A stretch of 64,000 nt of DNA, taken from Granulicella sp. Lineage in GTDB: Bacteria > Acidobacteriota > Terriglobia > Terriglobales > Acidobacteriaceae. A model generated the notes under the pieces. The model saw only the letters and a program-made list of their open reading frames with translations. It did not search any database and was not told the DNA's origin. Shown piece by piece: positions 41,378 to 51,639 of this stretch. Positions within the stretch are counted from its first letter, which is position 1, and every line of letters begins with the position of its first letter. Location of the stretch: contig DAHWNL010000070.1 in assembly GCA_027339965.1 (NCBI GenBank), positions 1 to 64,000 of the forward strand. The letters run 5' to 3'. The position numbers were made by a program, and so were the translations under genes.

Positions 41378-41381
41378 GCGC

Positions 41382-42110
41382 ATGAAAACCCTCGAGACCG
41401 AGGAACTGACCAAAGCCTATGGTGGGCGCCAGGTGGTGCGTGGAGTCAGTCTCCAGATTCATCAAGGGGAGGTGGTGGGGTTGTTGGGTCCCAATGGCGC
41501 GGGGAAGACAACCTCCTTTTACATGATCGTCGGCCTGGTGCGACCGGACTCGGGCATCATTCTGTCCGATGGAGTGGATATTACCCGGACGCCCATGTAT
41601 CTTCGGGCGCGCGAGTATCGCATCAGCTACCTGCCGCAGGAGCCATCGGTCTTTCGTAACCTCTCGGTGGAGCAGAACATCCTTGCCGTGTTGGAGACCC
41701 AGCCGCTGACCTGGGAGGCGCGGCGGCAGCGCGCCGAGAGCCTGATGACGCAGTTGAACCTGGGGCACGTACGCAAAACCCAAGGTTATGCGCTCTCAGG
41801 CGGCGAGCGTCGCCGCGTGGAGATTGCACGCTGTCTGGCCATCAATCCGGCTTTCATTCTGCTCGATGAACCCTTCTCTGGTATTGATCCGATTGCGGTG
41901 CTGGAGTTGCAGCAGATCATCTTCGACCTGAAGGCCTCGGGAATCGGAGTTCTCATCACGGATCATAACGTCCGGGAGACGCTTTCTGTGACTGACCGCG
42001 CGTACATCATCAACGAAGGCCGCATCTTCCGTGCCGGAACTCCGGGCGAGTTGGGCCGCGACCTGGACGTCAAGCGGGTCTATCTCGGAGAGGGATTTTC
42101 CTTGGTTTAG
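41382..42110 (+). CDS. lptB: LPS export ABC transporter ATP-binding protein
   Basis: [49 protein letters not shown]. Confidence 0.96.
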   Translation: MKTLETEELTKAYGGRQVVRGVSLQIHQGEVVGLLGPNGAGKTTSFYMIVGLVRPDSGIILSDGVDITRTPMYLRAREYRISYLPQEPSVFRNLSVEQNILAVLETQPLTWEARRQRAESLMTQLNLGHVRKTQGYALSGGERRRVEIARCLAINPAFILLDEPFSGIDPIAVLELQQIIFDLKASGIGVLITDHNVRETLSVTDRAYIINEGRIFRAGTPGELGRDLDVKRVYLGEGFSLV

Positions 42111-42397
42111 CCTCCGGCGGGATCGGCTGGAAAGATTGCAGATTCAATGGTTTCAAGGCGCAACAGAACGAAAGCGCCAAGGATTCCAGGCTCCATTGTG
42201 CTGGAAGGCAAGAAGCGGGCGATCCACGCCAGCACACCTACTTGTGCCACCTGGGGTTATCTCTCTTGATTCCTTTACTTTCGACGAAGTTCCAGGTTGG
42301 GCGATAAACTGGTCCTAAACTTGCTTCCGGCGATCTTTGGTGCGGTCTCCGGCCGGGTTTCTGAGTGGATAGAGCCATTTTCGCGAGGTAGTCCGCC

Positions 42398-44056
42398 GTG
42401 TTGCAGCCGCATCTCCATGTCAAGCTCTCGCAGCGCCAGATTCTGACCCCTGGATTAGTCCAGATGGTGAGCGTTCTTGCGTTGAACAAGTTGGAGCTGA
42501 AGGACATGATCAACGGTGAATTGGTCGCGAATCCAGTTTTGGAGGAGATCGACGAGGCCACGGAGACGCTGGATGAGCGCGCTGCCAGGGAGAGATTGCT
42601 GGAGCAGAGCGTGGCAGAGACCTCGGGGGCTCAGGAGGCGGAAAAGAAGGATCCCTTTGACGAGATTGACTTTGGGAGTTATTTCCAGGACTATCTCGAT
42701 CCCGGGTATCGAACTTCATCCAGCTTTGAAGATCTGGACAAGCCCTCCTTTGAGCAATTTCTCTCCCGGCCTAGCACGCTGGCCGATCACCTGATGTGGC
42801 AGATCGGTTCCATGATCCTGAGCCAGGAGTTGCGCCTGGCCGTCGAGTTGATCATCGGGAACCTAGATGAGAACGGCTATCTGACGGCTAGTGATGAGGA
42901 GCTGGCCCGGTCTTTGGTGGAGATTCGGGGGGGTATTTCGGTCGAGTCAGGTGGTTTGGCGACAGCGGACGGCTTGAAGAGGCCTGAGCAGCCGGAGAAG
43001 GCGGAAAGATCCGACCCTCCGAGCCAAGGCGACGGTCGGTCGGAAGTTCTGGCTCTGGTGGAAAAGGCTCGCGCGGTGGTTGCCCGACTGGATCCGGTCG
43101 GTGTGGGAGCGCGCGACCTGCGCGAATGTCTTCTCGCTCAGACGCAAAGCCTTCGCCGTGACGTGGAGTTGGCGCTGTTGCGGCGGCGCAGAGTGGCCCA
43201 AGATTCAGGGAGGGGCAGGGAAGCCGCTGGACAGGATCTGGAGCAGCGATTGGCGCTGATTGAGACGGCCAGCCTGATCATCAGCGACTCTCTCGCCCTC
43301 TTGCAGAAGAAAGATAACCGCGAGCTGGTCCGGCTCTGCCGCCGTCCGGTGGAGTGGGTTGAAGAGGCGGTGAATCTGATCCGTACCCTGGACCCGCGGC
43401 CTGGGCAGCGGTACATCCAGTCAGAGGCGAGGCTCATCGAACCGGATGTAGCCTTTGTGAAGCGGGATGATCAGTACGTGGTGGTGATGAACGATGAGGA
43501 TATGCCGGCTCTGCGCCTGAACCGAAGCTACCGCCGGATGCTGCGTGAAAAAAACGCCGACCGAGAGGTTCGGGATTACGTCAAGGATCGCTACAAATCC
43601 GCGATTCAGTTGTTGCGCAACATCGAGCAGCGTAAAAACACGATTCTGCGCACATGCGAGGTGATCGTTCGCCGTCAGCGCGAGTTTCTGGATCATGGGG
43701 TGGAGCATTTGCGTCCGATGATGATCAAAGAGGTGGCCGAGGAGATCGATGTTCATCCTTCCACCGTCAGCCGGGCCGTGGCCAATAAATATGTACATAC
43801 CGCACAGGGCGTTTTTGAGCTAAGATTCTTCTTTTCCGAGGGTGTAAGCGGACCCGAGGGGGGAGATCTTCCCCTGCTTCTCCTCAAGAGGCGGGTGAAG
43901 AAGTTGATCGAAGAGGAGGACCCGCGCAAGCCGTGGACAGACGAGTATCTGGCAGCGGAGCTGCAGCGGCAGGGGATACACGTCACGCGGAGAACAGTCG
44001 CCAAATATCGTGAAGATATGCAGATTCCCAGCACACACCAGAGACGCCGGCGCTAG
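42398..44056 (+). CDS. rpoN: RNA polymerase sigma-54 factor
   Basis: Q/L-rich region I, DPVGVGARDLRECL, HPSTVSRA, RpoN box RRTVAKYRE. Confidence 0.96.
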   Translation: MLQPHLHVKLSQRQILTPGLVQMVSVLALNKLELKDMINGELVANPVLEEIDEATETLDERAARERLLEQSVAETSGAQEAEKKDPFDEIDFGSYFQDYLDPGYRTSSSFEDLDKPSFEQFLSRPSTLADHLMWQIGSMILSQELRLAVELIIGNLDENGYLTASDEELARSLVEIRGGISVESGGLATADGLKRPEQPEKAERSDPPSQGDGRSEVLALVEKARAVVARLDPVGVGARDLRECLLAQTQSLRRDVELALLRRRRVAQDSGRGREAAGQDLEQRLALIETASLIISDSLALLQKKDNRELVRLCRRPVEWVEEAVNLIRTLDPRPGQRYIQSEARLIEPDVAFVKRDDQYVVVMNDEDMPALRLNRSYRRMLREKNADREVRDYVKDRYKSAIQLLRNIEQRKNTILRTCEVIVRRQREFLDHGVEHLRPMMIKEVAEEIDVHPSTVSRAVANKYVHTAQGVFELRFFFSEGVSGPEGGDLPLLLLKRRVKKLIEEEDPRKPWTDEYLAAELQRQGIHVTRRTVAKYREDMQIPSTHQRRRR

Positions 44057-44135
44057 GAGTTGATTGGAACTGCCGGGCTGTCTGTGAAGCGGAGCAGATT
44101 CTGGATCGGTAAAGAAAGTTAAGCCGGGAAAACGC

Positions 44136-44204
44136 GGGCCCAAAAAGTGAGCCCAAAAAGTGAGCCCAAAGATGAGCTCAGGGTGGGCTCAGGGTGGGCT
44201 CAGG
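44136..44204. repeat. Array of six GRGCYC-centred units (13-bp and 11-bp tandem repeats in mutually inverted orientation)
   Basis: GCCCAAAAAGTGA x2, GCCCAAAGATGA, GCTCAGGGTGG x2, GCTCAGG. Confidence 0.8.
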
Positions 44205-44528
44205 ATCGGTTGCCTCCTGGCAAAACTCTTCCTTTCACCAACTCCCCAGGCAACTCGTCGAGCAAGCCTCCCTCGCCGCCAGACGGAATCGATTGCGGGC
44301 TTTCGAACCAAGAGTTTACCCCTTGCGACACAGGGCTGTTGTCCGCAGCCACTCTTCGTCAAGTAATTGCGGGCAGTGGGGTCCGCTACGAATTCGGGTC
44401 ATGGAGTCAACGGAGAAGGAGGCTGCTGCGAGAGCATGCCGCCGGTTGTCGGGTTCGGCCAGCCAGGAAGCTCCAACCCGCATCTTATAGCACAAACCGC
44501 AGCGAAATCGCTGCAAGGAGGATGCTTC

Positions 44529-44870
44529 ATGACCATCGAATTTACGGGACGTCGCACGGCAGTCACTCCAAAGTTGAGGTCCATCGCGGAGTCGGGTATG
44601 GAACGCCTGGCCCTGGTAACCAATCGCTGCACCAGCGCGCACTTCATCCTGAGCGAAGACAAGTACCGAAAGATTGCGGAGGTCCGGCTGAACTGCCGGA
44701 ATGAGAGCCTGGTGGCGGCCTGTGAGTCCACGGATATGGAGGCGGCGCTTCGCGAGGCGCTGCAGAAGGTGGAGATGCAGGCGATCCGTCACAAGGAGCG
44801 CTATGCGACCGTGCGGGCTCGTCCCCGGCCGGAAGTTCACCCGGATGCCCTCAGGGCGATCCCAGCGTAG
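44529..44870 (+). CDS. hpf: Ribosome hibernation promoting factor (short HPF/RaiA family)
   Basis: MTIEFTGR...VTPKLR; follows rpoN; AAGGAGGA SD. Confidence 0.8.
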   Translation: MTIEFTGRRTAVTPKLRSIAESGMERLALVTNRCTSAHFILSEDKYRKIAEVRLNCRNESLVAACESTDMEAALREALQKVEMQAIRHKERYATVRARPRPEVHPDALRAIPA

Positions 44871-45034
44871 GACATTCGCTCCGGTTCTCGTCTGCCGGCG
44901 ATAGCTTTTTCCGCGGTGGTGGGTTCTCCGAAGCGGGCTTGCTGTGGCATTTCAATCGGGGGAAGCGCCCAAAATCGTCAGGGCTATGGGATATCGACGC
45001 GAAAGGAGCGCCACTCTCCACGCTCTCAGAATCC

Positions 45035-45084
45035 GAACCCATTTGCCGAGACCTTCTTGTTGACGGGCTCCGGCAAATGGGTTC
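45035..45084. other. Long intergenic hairpin between hpf and rapZ
   Basis: GAACCCATTTGCCG (45035-45048) / CGGCAAATGGGTTC (45071-45084), perfect 14 bp. Confidence 0.6.
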
Positions 45085-45304
45085 TTGCTCTGTAAGGCTT
45101 GGGCAAACCCCGCAGCGGGGCTGGAGACGCCGAGCGCTTGATGATGGCTCCGCTCGCGCGCAAGAGCGCTACAGGGGAGCCGCGCAGCGGCATTCCGGCG
45201 CCGGCGCGTGCGGCGGGCCTTCTGAGGGCACAGGCTCGGGAGAAGGCTTGTGATGCCAAGCCGGCTGGATTCCGCCTGCATAGAAAATGCTATAGGATTC
45301 CCTC

Positions 45305-46285
45305 ATGGCCCCCGATTCTTCACCTGCCAAGGTCTCTGCCCAGGGAGCAAATGCGCCAAAGAAGAGATTCGTGAGGAGCGCGGTCCGTGCGGAGTCAGAA
45401 CCTTCCGGGCGAGTGCAGGACGGTGAGCCGCGCGAGCTGGTTATCCTTACCGGGCTCTCCGGATCGGGGAAGCTTTCGGCCCTGAAGGCCTTCGAGGATC
45501 TGGGATTCTATTCCGTCGATAACCTGCCTTTGGATCTGATACCGCGTTTTGCCGATCTGGTGGCCAAGTCTGCCGAGATCACGCATGCCGCGCTCGTGGT
45601 GGATGTGCGGGAGGGTAGTCGCCTGGAGCGCTTTCCGGCGATCCTGACGAAGGTGCGCAAGGTGCTTCCCACACGAGTGGTTTTTCTGGAAGCTTCTGAA
45701 GAGGTTCTGGTGCGGCGCTTTTCGGAGACCCGCCGTCCTCATCCGTTGGGACGTGGGGATAGAGTGATTGCCTCGATCCAGGCCGAGCGGAAGAGGCTGG
45801 ATCCCGTACGCAACGTGGCGGACATCCTGCTGGACACCTCGCGCTTCAATGTGCATGAGCTCAGGGCGCATATCAACGCAGCCTTCAGCCGGGGAGTCGG
45901 CAAGAGCGACCGCAATTTAACTATCTCGGTGACCAGCTTCGGTTTCAAGAATGGGGTGCCCAGCGATGCGGATATGGTTTTTGACGTGAGATTTCTTCCC
46001 AATCCGCACTTCATTCCCGAGTTCCGCAACCTGACCGGAAAGCACCCCAAGGTGGCCAAGTACGTCCGCCAGTTTCCCCAGACGGCGGAGTTTCTCGGCA
46101 AGGTGACCGAGATGCTCACGTTTCTCCTTCCTCACTATATTCATGAAGGAAAGAGCTATCTGACGATCGGCATCGGCTGCACGGGTGGGCAGCATCGTTC
46201 GGTGATGATCGCCGAGGAACTGAAGAAGCGCCTCGCCGCAGCGGGGTATCGGGCGAAGTCTTCGCACCGGGATATCCCCCGGTAG
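45305..46285 (+). CDS. rapZ: RNase adapter RapZ (YhbJ/YvcJ family)
   Basis: TGLSGSGK, VDNLP, RRFSETRRPHPL, SFGFKNG, DVRFLPNP, GCTGGQHRSV. Confidence 0.95.
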   Translation: MAPDSSPAKVSAQGANAPKKRFVRSAVRAESEPSGRVQDGEPRELVILTGLSGSGKLSALKAFEDLGFYSVDNLPLDLIPRFADLVAKSAEITHAALVVDVREGSRLERFPAILTKVRKVLPTRVVFLEASEEVLVRRFSETRRPHPLGRGDRVIASIQAERKRLDPVRNVADILLDTSRFNVHELRAHINAAFSRGVGKSDRNLTISVTSFGFKNGVPSDADMVFDVRFLPNPHFIPEFRNLTGKHPKVAKYVRQFPQTAEFLGKVTEMLTFLLPHYIHEGKSYLTIGIGCTGGQHRSVMIAEELKKRLAAAGYRAKSSHRDIPR

Positions 46286-46376
46286 AAGTAGACTGATTCT
46301 GCATGAATACGGTGCCGGGCGTCGGGTTTGTAGTCCCGGAAGCGGGCGCCTTCGTCCAAGATTTCAGGAGAGTTGC

Positions 46377-48224
46377 GTGAAGCCCGTTCTACGTCTGCTG
46401 AGCTACATGCGGCCCTATGTTTTTTATTGGGTTTCTTCAGTGCTGCTGATGGCTTTGGTGGGGGCGCTGATGGCCTTCCGCGTCCTGCTGATCAAGCCCA
46501 TCATCGACAACGTTCTCAGCGCCGCAGCCTCGCCGAGCCGGGTGCTGGACTTTGTGATTCCCCACACCCGTTTTCATATCAATTTGCAGATTCTGCTACC
46601 GGCGCGCTTTCACAATGCGTGGACGGTCGTCGCGATTGCTCTGGTTGTTTCGGCAATGGTCAAGAACATCTGCGACTACCTGGGCACACTGCTGGCCAAC
46701 CAAGCCGGATTCGGCATGATCACGGATCTGCGCAACGACCTATACAACTCACTTCTGGGCCGTTCCGCCGCCTTCTTCCAGCGCCATACCTCTGGCACGT
46801 TGATCTCCGCACTGATCAACGATGTAGAGCGAGTGCAGTCGGCGATGGCGCCCATCATGAGCGACTTCCTGCAGCAGACGTTCACGCTGCTGTTTATGAT
46901 CTGCACGGTTATCATCGCGGGTGGTTCGATGTCCTGGGTGCTGGTGATCTTTGTACCCATCATCGTTCTCTCCACCCGGCGGGTGGGAAGCAGCGTGCGC
47001 TCCACGACGCGCAGCGGACAGGACAAACTGGCCGAGATTCAGAACATCGTGCAGGAGACCATCACCGGCCACGGAATCGTGAAGGCCTTTGGAATGGAAC
47101 ACTGGGAGATGAACCGCTTCCGGCGCGCGGCTGAACGCTTGTTCTCAGCCAATATGCGGCGAATCGCCGTGCAGTCCATCTCTTCGCCGCTGATGGATGC
47201 GTTGGGAGCATTCGCCATCGCCCTCCTGCTCCTCTACGGAAGGGTGTTCATTCTGCATGGAGGCACTGCCGGCGACTTCATCACCTTTCTGATCGCGGTG
47301 ATTGCGCTGTATGACCCGGTGCGCAAGATGCCGACCTACTACAATGCCTTTCAGCAGGCGGTGGGCGCCAGCGAGGATATCTTCAAATTCATCGACGCGC
47401 AGGATGAGGTGGTGGAGCGCAAGAGGGCTCTGCCCCTCACGGAGTTCAAGGGGCTCATCGAGTTCCGGGATGTGCGCTTTGCCTATGAGCGAGATGACAT
47501 GCACAGGGAGGTCTTGCACGGGATCAACCTGAGCGTCCGCCGCGGCGAGGTTGTGGCTCTGGTAGGCCCGAGCGGAGCGGGCAAATCGACTCTGGTGAAC
47601 CTTCTGCCACGCTTCTATGATGTGACCGGTGGAGCGATCTTTCTCGATGAGCACGACATTCGAGATCTGACGCTGGCCTCGCTGCGCAAGCAGATTGGCA
47701 AGGTGACGCAGGAGACGGTGCTGTTCAACGACACGGTGCGCCACAACATCGCCTATGGACAGCCCAACGTCCCAATGGACAGGATTGTGGCGGCGGCCAA
47801 GGCAGCCTTGGCGCATGGTTTCATAGAACATCTCCCCCAAGGCTATGACACGTTGATCGGGGAGGATGGCGCGCGGCTTTCGGGCGGAGAGCGGCAGCGG
47901 CTCGCGATTGCTCGCGCGTTGCTCAAGGATGCCCCGATCCTCATTCTGGATGAGGCCACCTCGTCCCTGGATGCGGAGAGTGAGGCTGCCGTGCAGGCGG
48001 CGCTGGCGAACCTGATGCAAGGGCGCACGGTCCTGGTGATTGCCCACCGGCTATCGACGGTTCGGCGCGCCGACCGCATCGCGGTGATGGAGGATGGCTG
48101 CATCACCGAACTTGGCTCGCATGAGAAACTGCTGGCGCTGGGAGGAACCTACAGCCGGCTTTATCAGCTTCAGTTCGGCGCAGCGGAGAGCGAGATGGCG
48201 GAGGTGGGAGAGGGAACCGCGTGA
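46377..48224 (+). CDS. MsbA-like ABC transporter (fused permease and ATPase)
   Basis: TM domain plus GPSGAGKST, LSGGERQR, LDEATS, IAHRLST; lpt gene context. Confidence 0.88.
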   Translation: MKPVLRLLSYMRPYVFYWVSSVLLMALVGALMAFRVLLIKPIIDNVLSAAASPSRVLDFVIPHTRFHINLQILLPARFHNAWTVVAIALVVSAMVKNICDYLGTLLANQAGFGMITDLRNDLYNSLLGRSAAFFQRHTSGTLISALINDVERVQSAMAPIMSDFLQQTFTLLFMICTVIIAGGSMSWVLVIFVPIIVLSTRRVGSSVRSTTRSGQDKLAEIQNIVQETITGHGIVKAFGMEHWEMNRFRRAAERLFSANMRRIAVQSISSPLMDALGAFAIALLLLYGRVFILHGGTAGDFITFLIAVIALYDPVRKMPTYYNAFQQAVGASEDIFKFIDAQDEVVERKRALPLTEFKGLIEFRDVRFAYERDDMHREVLHGINLSVRRGEVVALVGPSGAGKSTLVNLLPRFYDVTGGAIFLDEHDIRDLTLASLRKQIGKVTQETVLFNDTVRHNIAYGQPNVPMDRIVAAAKAALAHGFIEHLPQGYDTLIGEDGARLSGGERQRLAIARALLKDAPILILDEATSSLDAESEAAVQAALANLMQGRTVLVIAHRLSTVRRADRIAVMEDGCITELGSHEKLLALGGTYSRLYQLQFGAAESEMAEVGEGTA

Positions 48225-48296
48225 ATTCGCATCGAGAGAGCGCAGCGGATGAGAGGGTAGGACGCAAGGTTTACACTATTCCCATCGCAACTGCCT

Positions 48297-48974
48297 ATGG
48301 CCGGAATTCTCTTTATCATCTCCGCTCCCAGCGGATCGGGTAAATCGACGCTGGTCAATGAGGTTCGCCGCCTGGTGGCCGGTCTGGAGTTTTCTGTTTC
48401 CTATACGACGCGCAGACCGCGCGGATCAGAGGAAGACGGGCGCGAGTATCACTTCATCACTCGCGAACGCTTCGAACGGATGATCGCCGCCGATGAGTTT
48501 CTGGAGTGGGCGGAGGTCTTCGGGAACTATTACGGGACCGCTCTCTCGGCGCTGGATACGGCTCGGGAACATGGGGCGGATCTGCTGCTGGACATCGATG
48601 TGCAAGGCGCGCTGCAGGTGATGGAGAAGATGCCCGAGGCAATCTCGATCTTCATTCTGCCTCCCAGCCCGGAGATCCTGGAGCGGAGGCTGCGCAATCG
48701 CAGTCAGGCCGAGGGTGTGACCCATGAATCCATCATCCAGACGAGGCTCTCGGAGGCTCGTACAGAACTGCAGAAGATTGATGAGTACCGCTATGCCTTG
48801 GTGAACGATCTTCTGGATCAGGCTGCGGCAGAGATGCGAGCCATCATCCTGGTGGCGCGAGGAGAGGCGAGTCCTGCCGAGGGCAATCTGGCTGCGCAAT
48901 GCGTCACCGGCGCCAGGGCCCCAAGGCTGGAGGCAGCGCTGGCCAGTTTTGGGCTAACCCCCGCCAGCCTCTGA
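48297..48974 (+). CDS. gmk: Guanylate kinase
   Basis: SAPSGSGKST, SYTTRRPRGSEEDGREYHF, GNYYGT, DIDVQGA. Confidence 0.96.
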   Translation: MAGILFIISAPSGSGKSTLVNEVRRLVAGLEFSVSYTTRRPRGSEEDGREYHFITRERFERMIAADEFLEWAEVFGNYYGTALSALDTAREHGADLLLDIDVQGALQVMEKMPEAISIFILPPSPEILERRLRNRSQAEGVTHESIIQTRLSEARTELQKIDEYRYALVNDLLDQAAAEMRAIILVARGEASPAEGNLAAQCVTGARAPRLEAALASFGLTPASL

Positions 48975-49135
48975 ACCCAGGTGGATGAATCGGTGTAGAG
49001 ATCCAAGACGCGCCCAGCGAACTTAATAGAAACTGCCGAGATTTCCACTGGAGACGAATCCGAGCAGAGACGATATTCGGGTTAAAGACGGTGCCATTCG
49101 GCGCTAAGATGAATCATCTCTCAGGAGGGTCATTA

Positions 49136-49342
49136 ATGTCATTCATGGAACCGCTCCAAAACAAGTACAGTCTTGTGAAGGGCGCCGCGAGGCGCGCACG
49201 CCAGTTGCAATCCGGCGCTCCCTCTCTGGGAGTCTCCAACTCCACCAAGGCGTGCCGCGTCGCTCAGGATGAGATCCGCGTAGGGAAGGTTACCTACACT
49301 GTTTCTTCCGCGCCGCGGCCGACGGTGGACGTTCCCAGATGA
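49136..49342 (+). CDS. rpoZ: RNA polymerase omega subunit
   Basis: NKYSLVKGAARRARQLQSGA...AQDEI; follows gmk; AGGAGG SD. Confidence 0.85.
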   Translation: MSFMEPLQNKYSLVKGAARRARQLQSGAPSLGVSNSTKACRVAQDEIRVGKVTYTVSSAPRPTVDVPR

Positions 49343-50364
49343 GTGGTACTGAACCGATCTCCCAGCCGAGTTCCGTGGCTGTCCGCCAACAGTTGCACGC
49401 CTATCTGGACTTTCTGCGGGATATGGGGATCTACGATCTCTATCGCCGCAGGGATCCGACGATCACAATTCCAGAATGGTTGCATTCGCGGCTGGTGAGG
49501 ACTGCGCCGTCGCCGGAGGGGAAAGCAGATACGCCCGGAGGCTCCGGGCAGGCTGCGGCCATTACACAGCGCCAAGTCTCAAACTCTCCAGCGACGGCTC
49601 TTGCCGGCGTTCAGGGTTTATCCAGCAGCCGGCAGACGCCGACGCAGGCTGTTGGCTCAGCGGGTGAGAGCCTTGGCATTGCGGCGGACGGCTCCTTTTC
49701 CAGGATCGAAGGCTCATCATTCATGGCAAAACCACCCTCGCTTGATGTTCTTGCGCCTATTCCTGTGCGTATCGTTCCTGCCGCGGAACGCCCAGCGGCT
49801 CTGCAGGCGGTGCGGGAGGCCATGGGTGAGTGTACGCGCTGCCCGCTGGCCTATGCGGGCCGACACACGATCGTGTTTGCAGACGGAGATCCGAACGCGC
49901 GGCTGATGTTTGTGGGCGAGGGTCCGGGAGCTGACGAAGATGCGTCCGGGGTGCCCTTTGTGGGCAAGGCCGGCCAGTTGTTGAACAACATGATTGCAGC
50001 GATGGGCCTGAAGCGCGAAGAGGTGTACATCGCGAATATCGTGAAGTGCCGTCCGCCGGGAAACCGGACGCCGGAGTTCCTGGAGGCCACCACCTGCTCC
50101 CAGTTCCTGCTCCAGCAGATCGATATTGTGCATCCGGAGGTGATCGTCGCCCTGGGGTTGACGGCGGCGACCTATCTGCTGGGCGTCAAGCAGTCGCTGG
50201 CTTCGATGCGCGGCCGCTGGCAGAGCGTGCGCGGAGCCAAGGTAATGGTGACCTACCATCCTGCCTATTTGTTGCGCGATCCGCGTCAGAAGGCGGAGGC
50301 GTGGAAGGATCTGAAGATGGTGATGACGGAGATAGGGCTGACGCCTCCGCAGAGGCCCTCGTAA
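49339..50364 (+). CDS. Uracil-DNA glycosylase family 4 with low-complexity N-terminal extension
   Basis: CTRCPL, VGEGPGADED, PFVGKAG, NIVKCRPPGNR, TYHPAYLLR. Confidence 0.93.
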   Translation: MSGTEPISQPSSVAVRQQLHAYLDFLRDMGIYDLYRRRDPTITIPEWLHSRLVRTAPSPEGKADTPGGSGQAAAITQRQVSNSPATALAGVQGLSSSRQTPTQAVGSAGESLGIAADGSFSRIEGSSFMAKPPSLDVLAPIPVRIVPAAERPAALQAVREAMGECTRCPLAYAGRHTIVFADGDPNARLMFVGEGPGADEDASGVPFVGKAGQLLNNMIAAMGLKREEVYIANIVKCRPPGNRTPEFLEATTCSQFLLQQIDIVHPEVIVALGLTAATYLLGVKQSLASMRGRWQSVRGAKVMVTYHPAYLLRDPRQKAEAWKDLKMVMTEIGLTPPQRPS

Positions 50365-50464
50365 GCGTGCCGATCGCCTGGGGTTGGGGGCTTGGGCAGA
50401 GGATCTGGAATCGTTTGGTGGCAGCGGCCTCCCCCTGCTAAACTGAGTCTGCTTTCAATGGTGT

Positions 50465-50540
50465 GGGGCTGTAGCTCAGCTGGGAGAGCGCCTCGTTCGC
50501 AACGAGGAGGTCAGCGGTTCGATCCCGCTCAGCTCCACCA
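50465..50540 (+). tRNA. tRNA-Ala (anticodon CGC)
   Basis: GGGGCTGTAGCTCAGCTGGGAGAGCG-CCTCGTT CGC AACGAGG-AGGTCAGCGGTTCGATCCCGCTCAGCTCCACCA, 76 nt, encoded CCA. Confidence 0.97.
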
Positions 50541-50622
50541 AAAGACTGCTCCGAAGGACGTTGCAGAGCGTGCGCGCGTTCGAGCGCAGCCTCTGGGGGT
50601 CGATCTCCCTATCCCGCTGGAT

Positions 50623-50985
50623 TCAGCTGATGACCGTTGAATCCAGGGAATGCCTTGCCGTGACGATGCGGAGGCCGCAATGCTCCCGGAGTGAAAGCAA
50701 GTCTCTATCGCCCGTGACGATCCGTTGCGCTCGGCCTTCAGCGCGCATTCCACAATGCAGTCGTCCTTTGAATCGCGACAAGCCTCTTCCATCTCTCCGG
50801 TGACTTTGCCTCGGACGGCCTCTTTCCATAAGGTTCCAAGCCGCCTCTGCATCATCTGAGGGTTGCGGCCGAATTTATCATGCAAGATGCGGAGAACTTC
50901 GTCCTCGATCTCAAGACGGATGGCGAGATCACCTCGAAGCATCTGATCGGCAAGCGTTGCGAGCTTCCCGCCACAGCCGGCTGCT
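50623..50985 (-). pseudogene. Frameshifted, 5'-eroded PIN-domain (VapC-like) toxin gene
   Basis: EDEVLRILHDKF...CRDSKDDCIVECA in one frame continues as RAQRIVTGDRDLLSL...RIVTAR in another (shift near 50735); no N-terminal DTN motif. Confidence 0.7.
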
Positions 50986-51089
50986 GGCAGCAGCGGCGCG
51001 CCGTCAGACGGAAGCTGACCGGAGGCGGCGCACTGGGTTTGCAGCTCTTCCGGGTTGGATCTCGCGCTCGCTTTTCGGCTCGCATCCTC

Positions 51090-51175
51090 GGTCGGTCGTG
51101 GTTTGGTCGGTCTTGGTTCGGTCGGTCTTGGTTTGGTCGGTCTTGGTTTGGTCTTGGTTCGGTCCGTCTTAGTTT
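51090..51175 (+). repeat. 15-bp tandem repeat, consensus GGTCGGTCTTGGTTT, about 5.7 units
   Basis: Units at 51090, 51105, 51120, 51135; truncated 11-mer at 51150; degenerate unit at 51161. Confidence 0.9.
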
Positions 51176-51376
51176 TGGGAGGGATCTCAAATGGCCGGCG
51201 ACGTTTGGATGGGGTGTTTTCCGCGCAGGGAGATCGTGATATTCTTTTCGAGGTGTGGTGAGTACCCCCGCATCTCCCTTGGCGATCTACATGCAGTCTG
51301 CTTGTAGGGCGCGCTTTGCCCGCCAGTCATCCTCCGCAGATCTCGGGGAGGATCTCCCAGGCGAAGTCTAAGGTCT

Positions 51377-51452
51377 GGACGCGTAGCTCAGCTGGTAGAG
51401 CATTCGACTCTTAATCGACTGGTCGTAGGTTCGATCCCTACCGCGTCCACCA
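51377..51452 (+). tRNA. tRNA-Lys (anticodon CTT)
   Basis: GGACGCGTAGCTCAGCTGGTAGAGCA-TTCGACT CTT AATCGAC-TGGTCGTAGGTTCGATCCCTACCGCGTCCACCA, 76 nt. Confidence 0.96.
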
Positions 51453-51639
51453 TTTTTCAGCAACCTATTGGACGGAAACAAGGACAGGCTGCGGTTCTTT
51501 CGCTGGCTGCAACGTCTTTGCCGCCAACGATCCCAGTTCAGGTAGCCACCCGGCGATGGATCGACGATCGCCTGGATCGGGGCCCTGCTGCGGCCCGAGG
51601 CATGCGGACGTGCAGGTGACATCTTCTCCAATTGCTGCT

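Noticed and set aside
44147..45374. Short ORFs around hpf (44147-44704, 44939-45253, 44952-45281, 45099-45374)
   Set aside because: No motifs or convincing RBS; they overlap hpf, repeats or the hairpin
51090..51175. Possible CRISPR array (also 44138-44204 and 61429-61476)
   Set aside because: Contiguous short tandem units, no unique spacers, no cas genes
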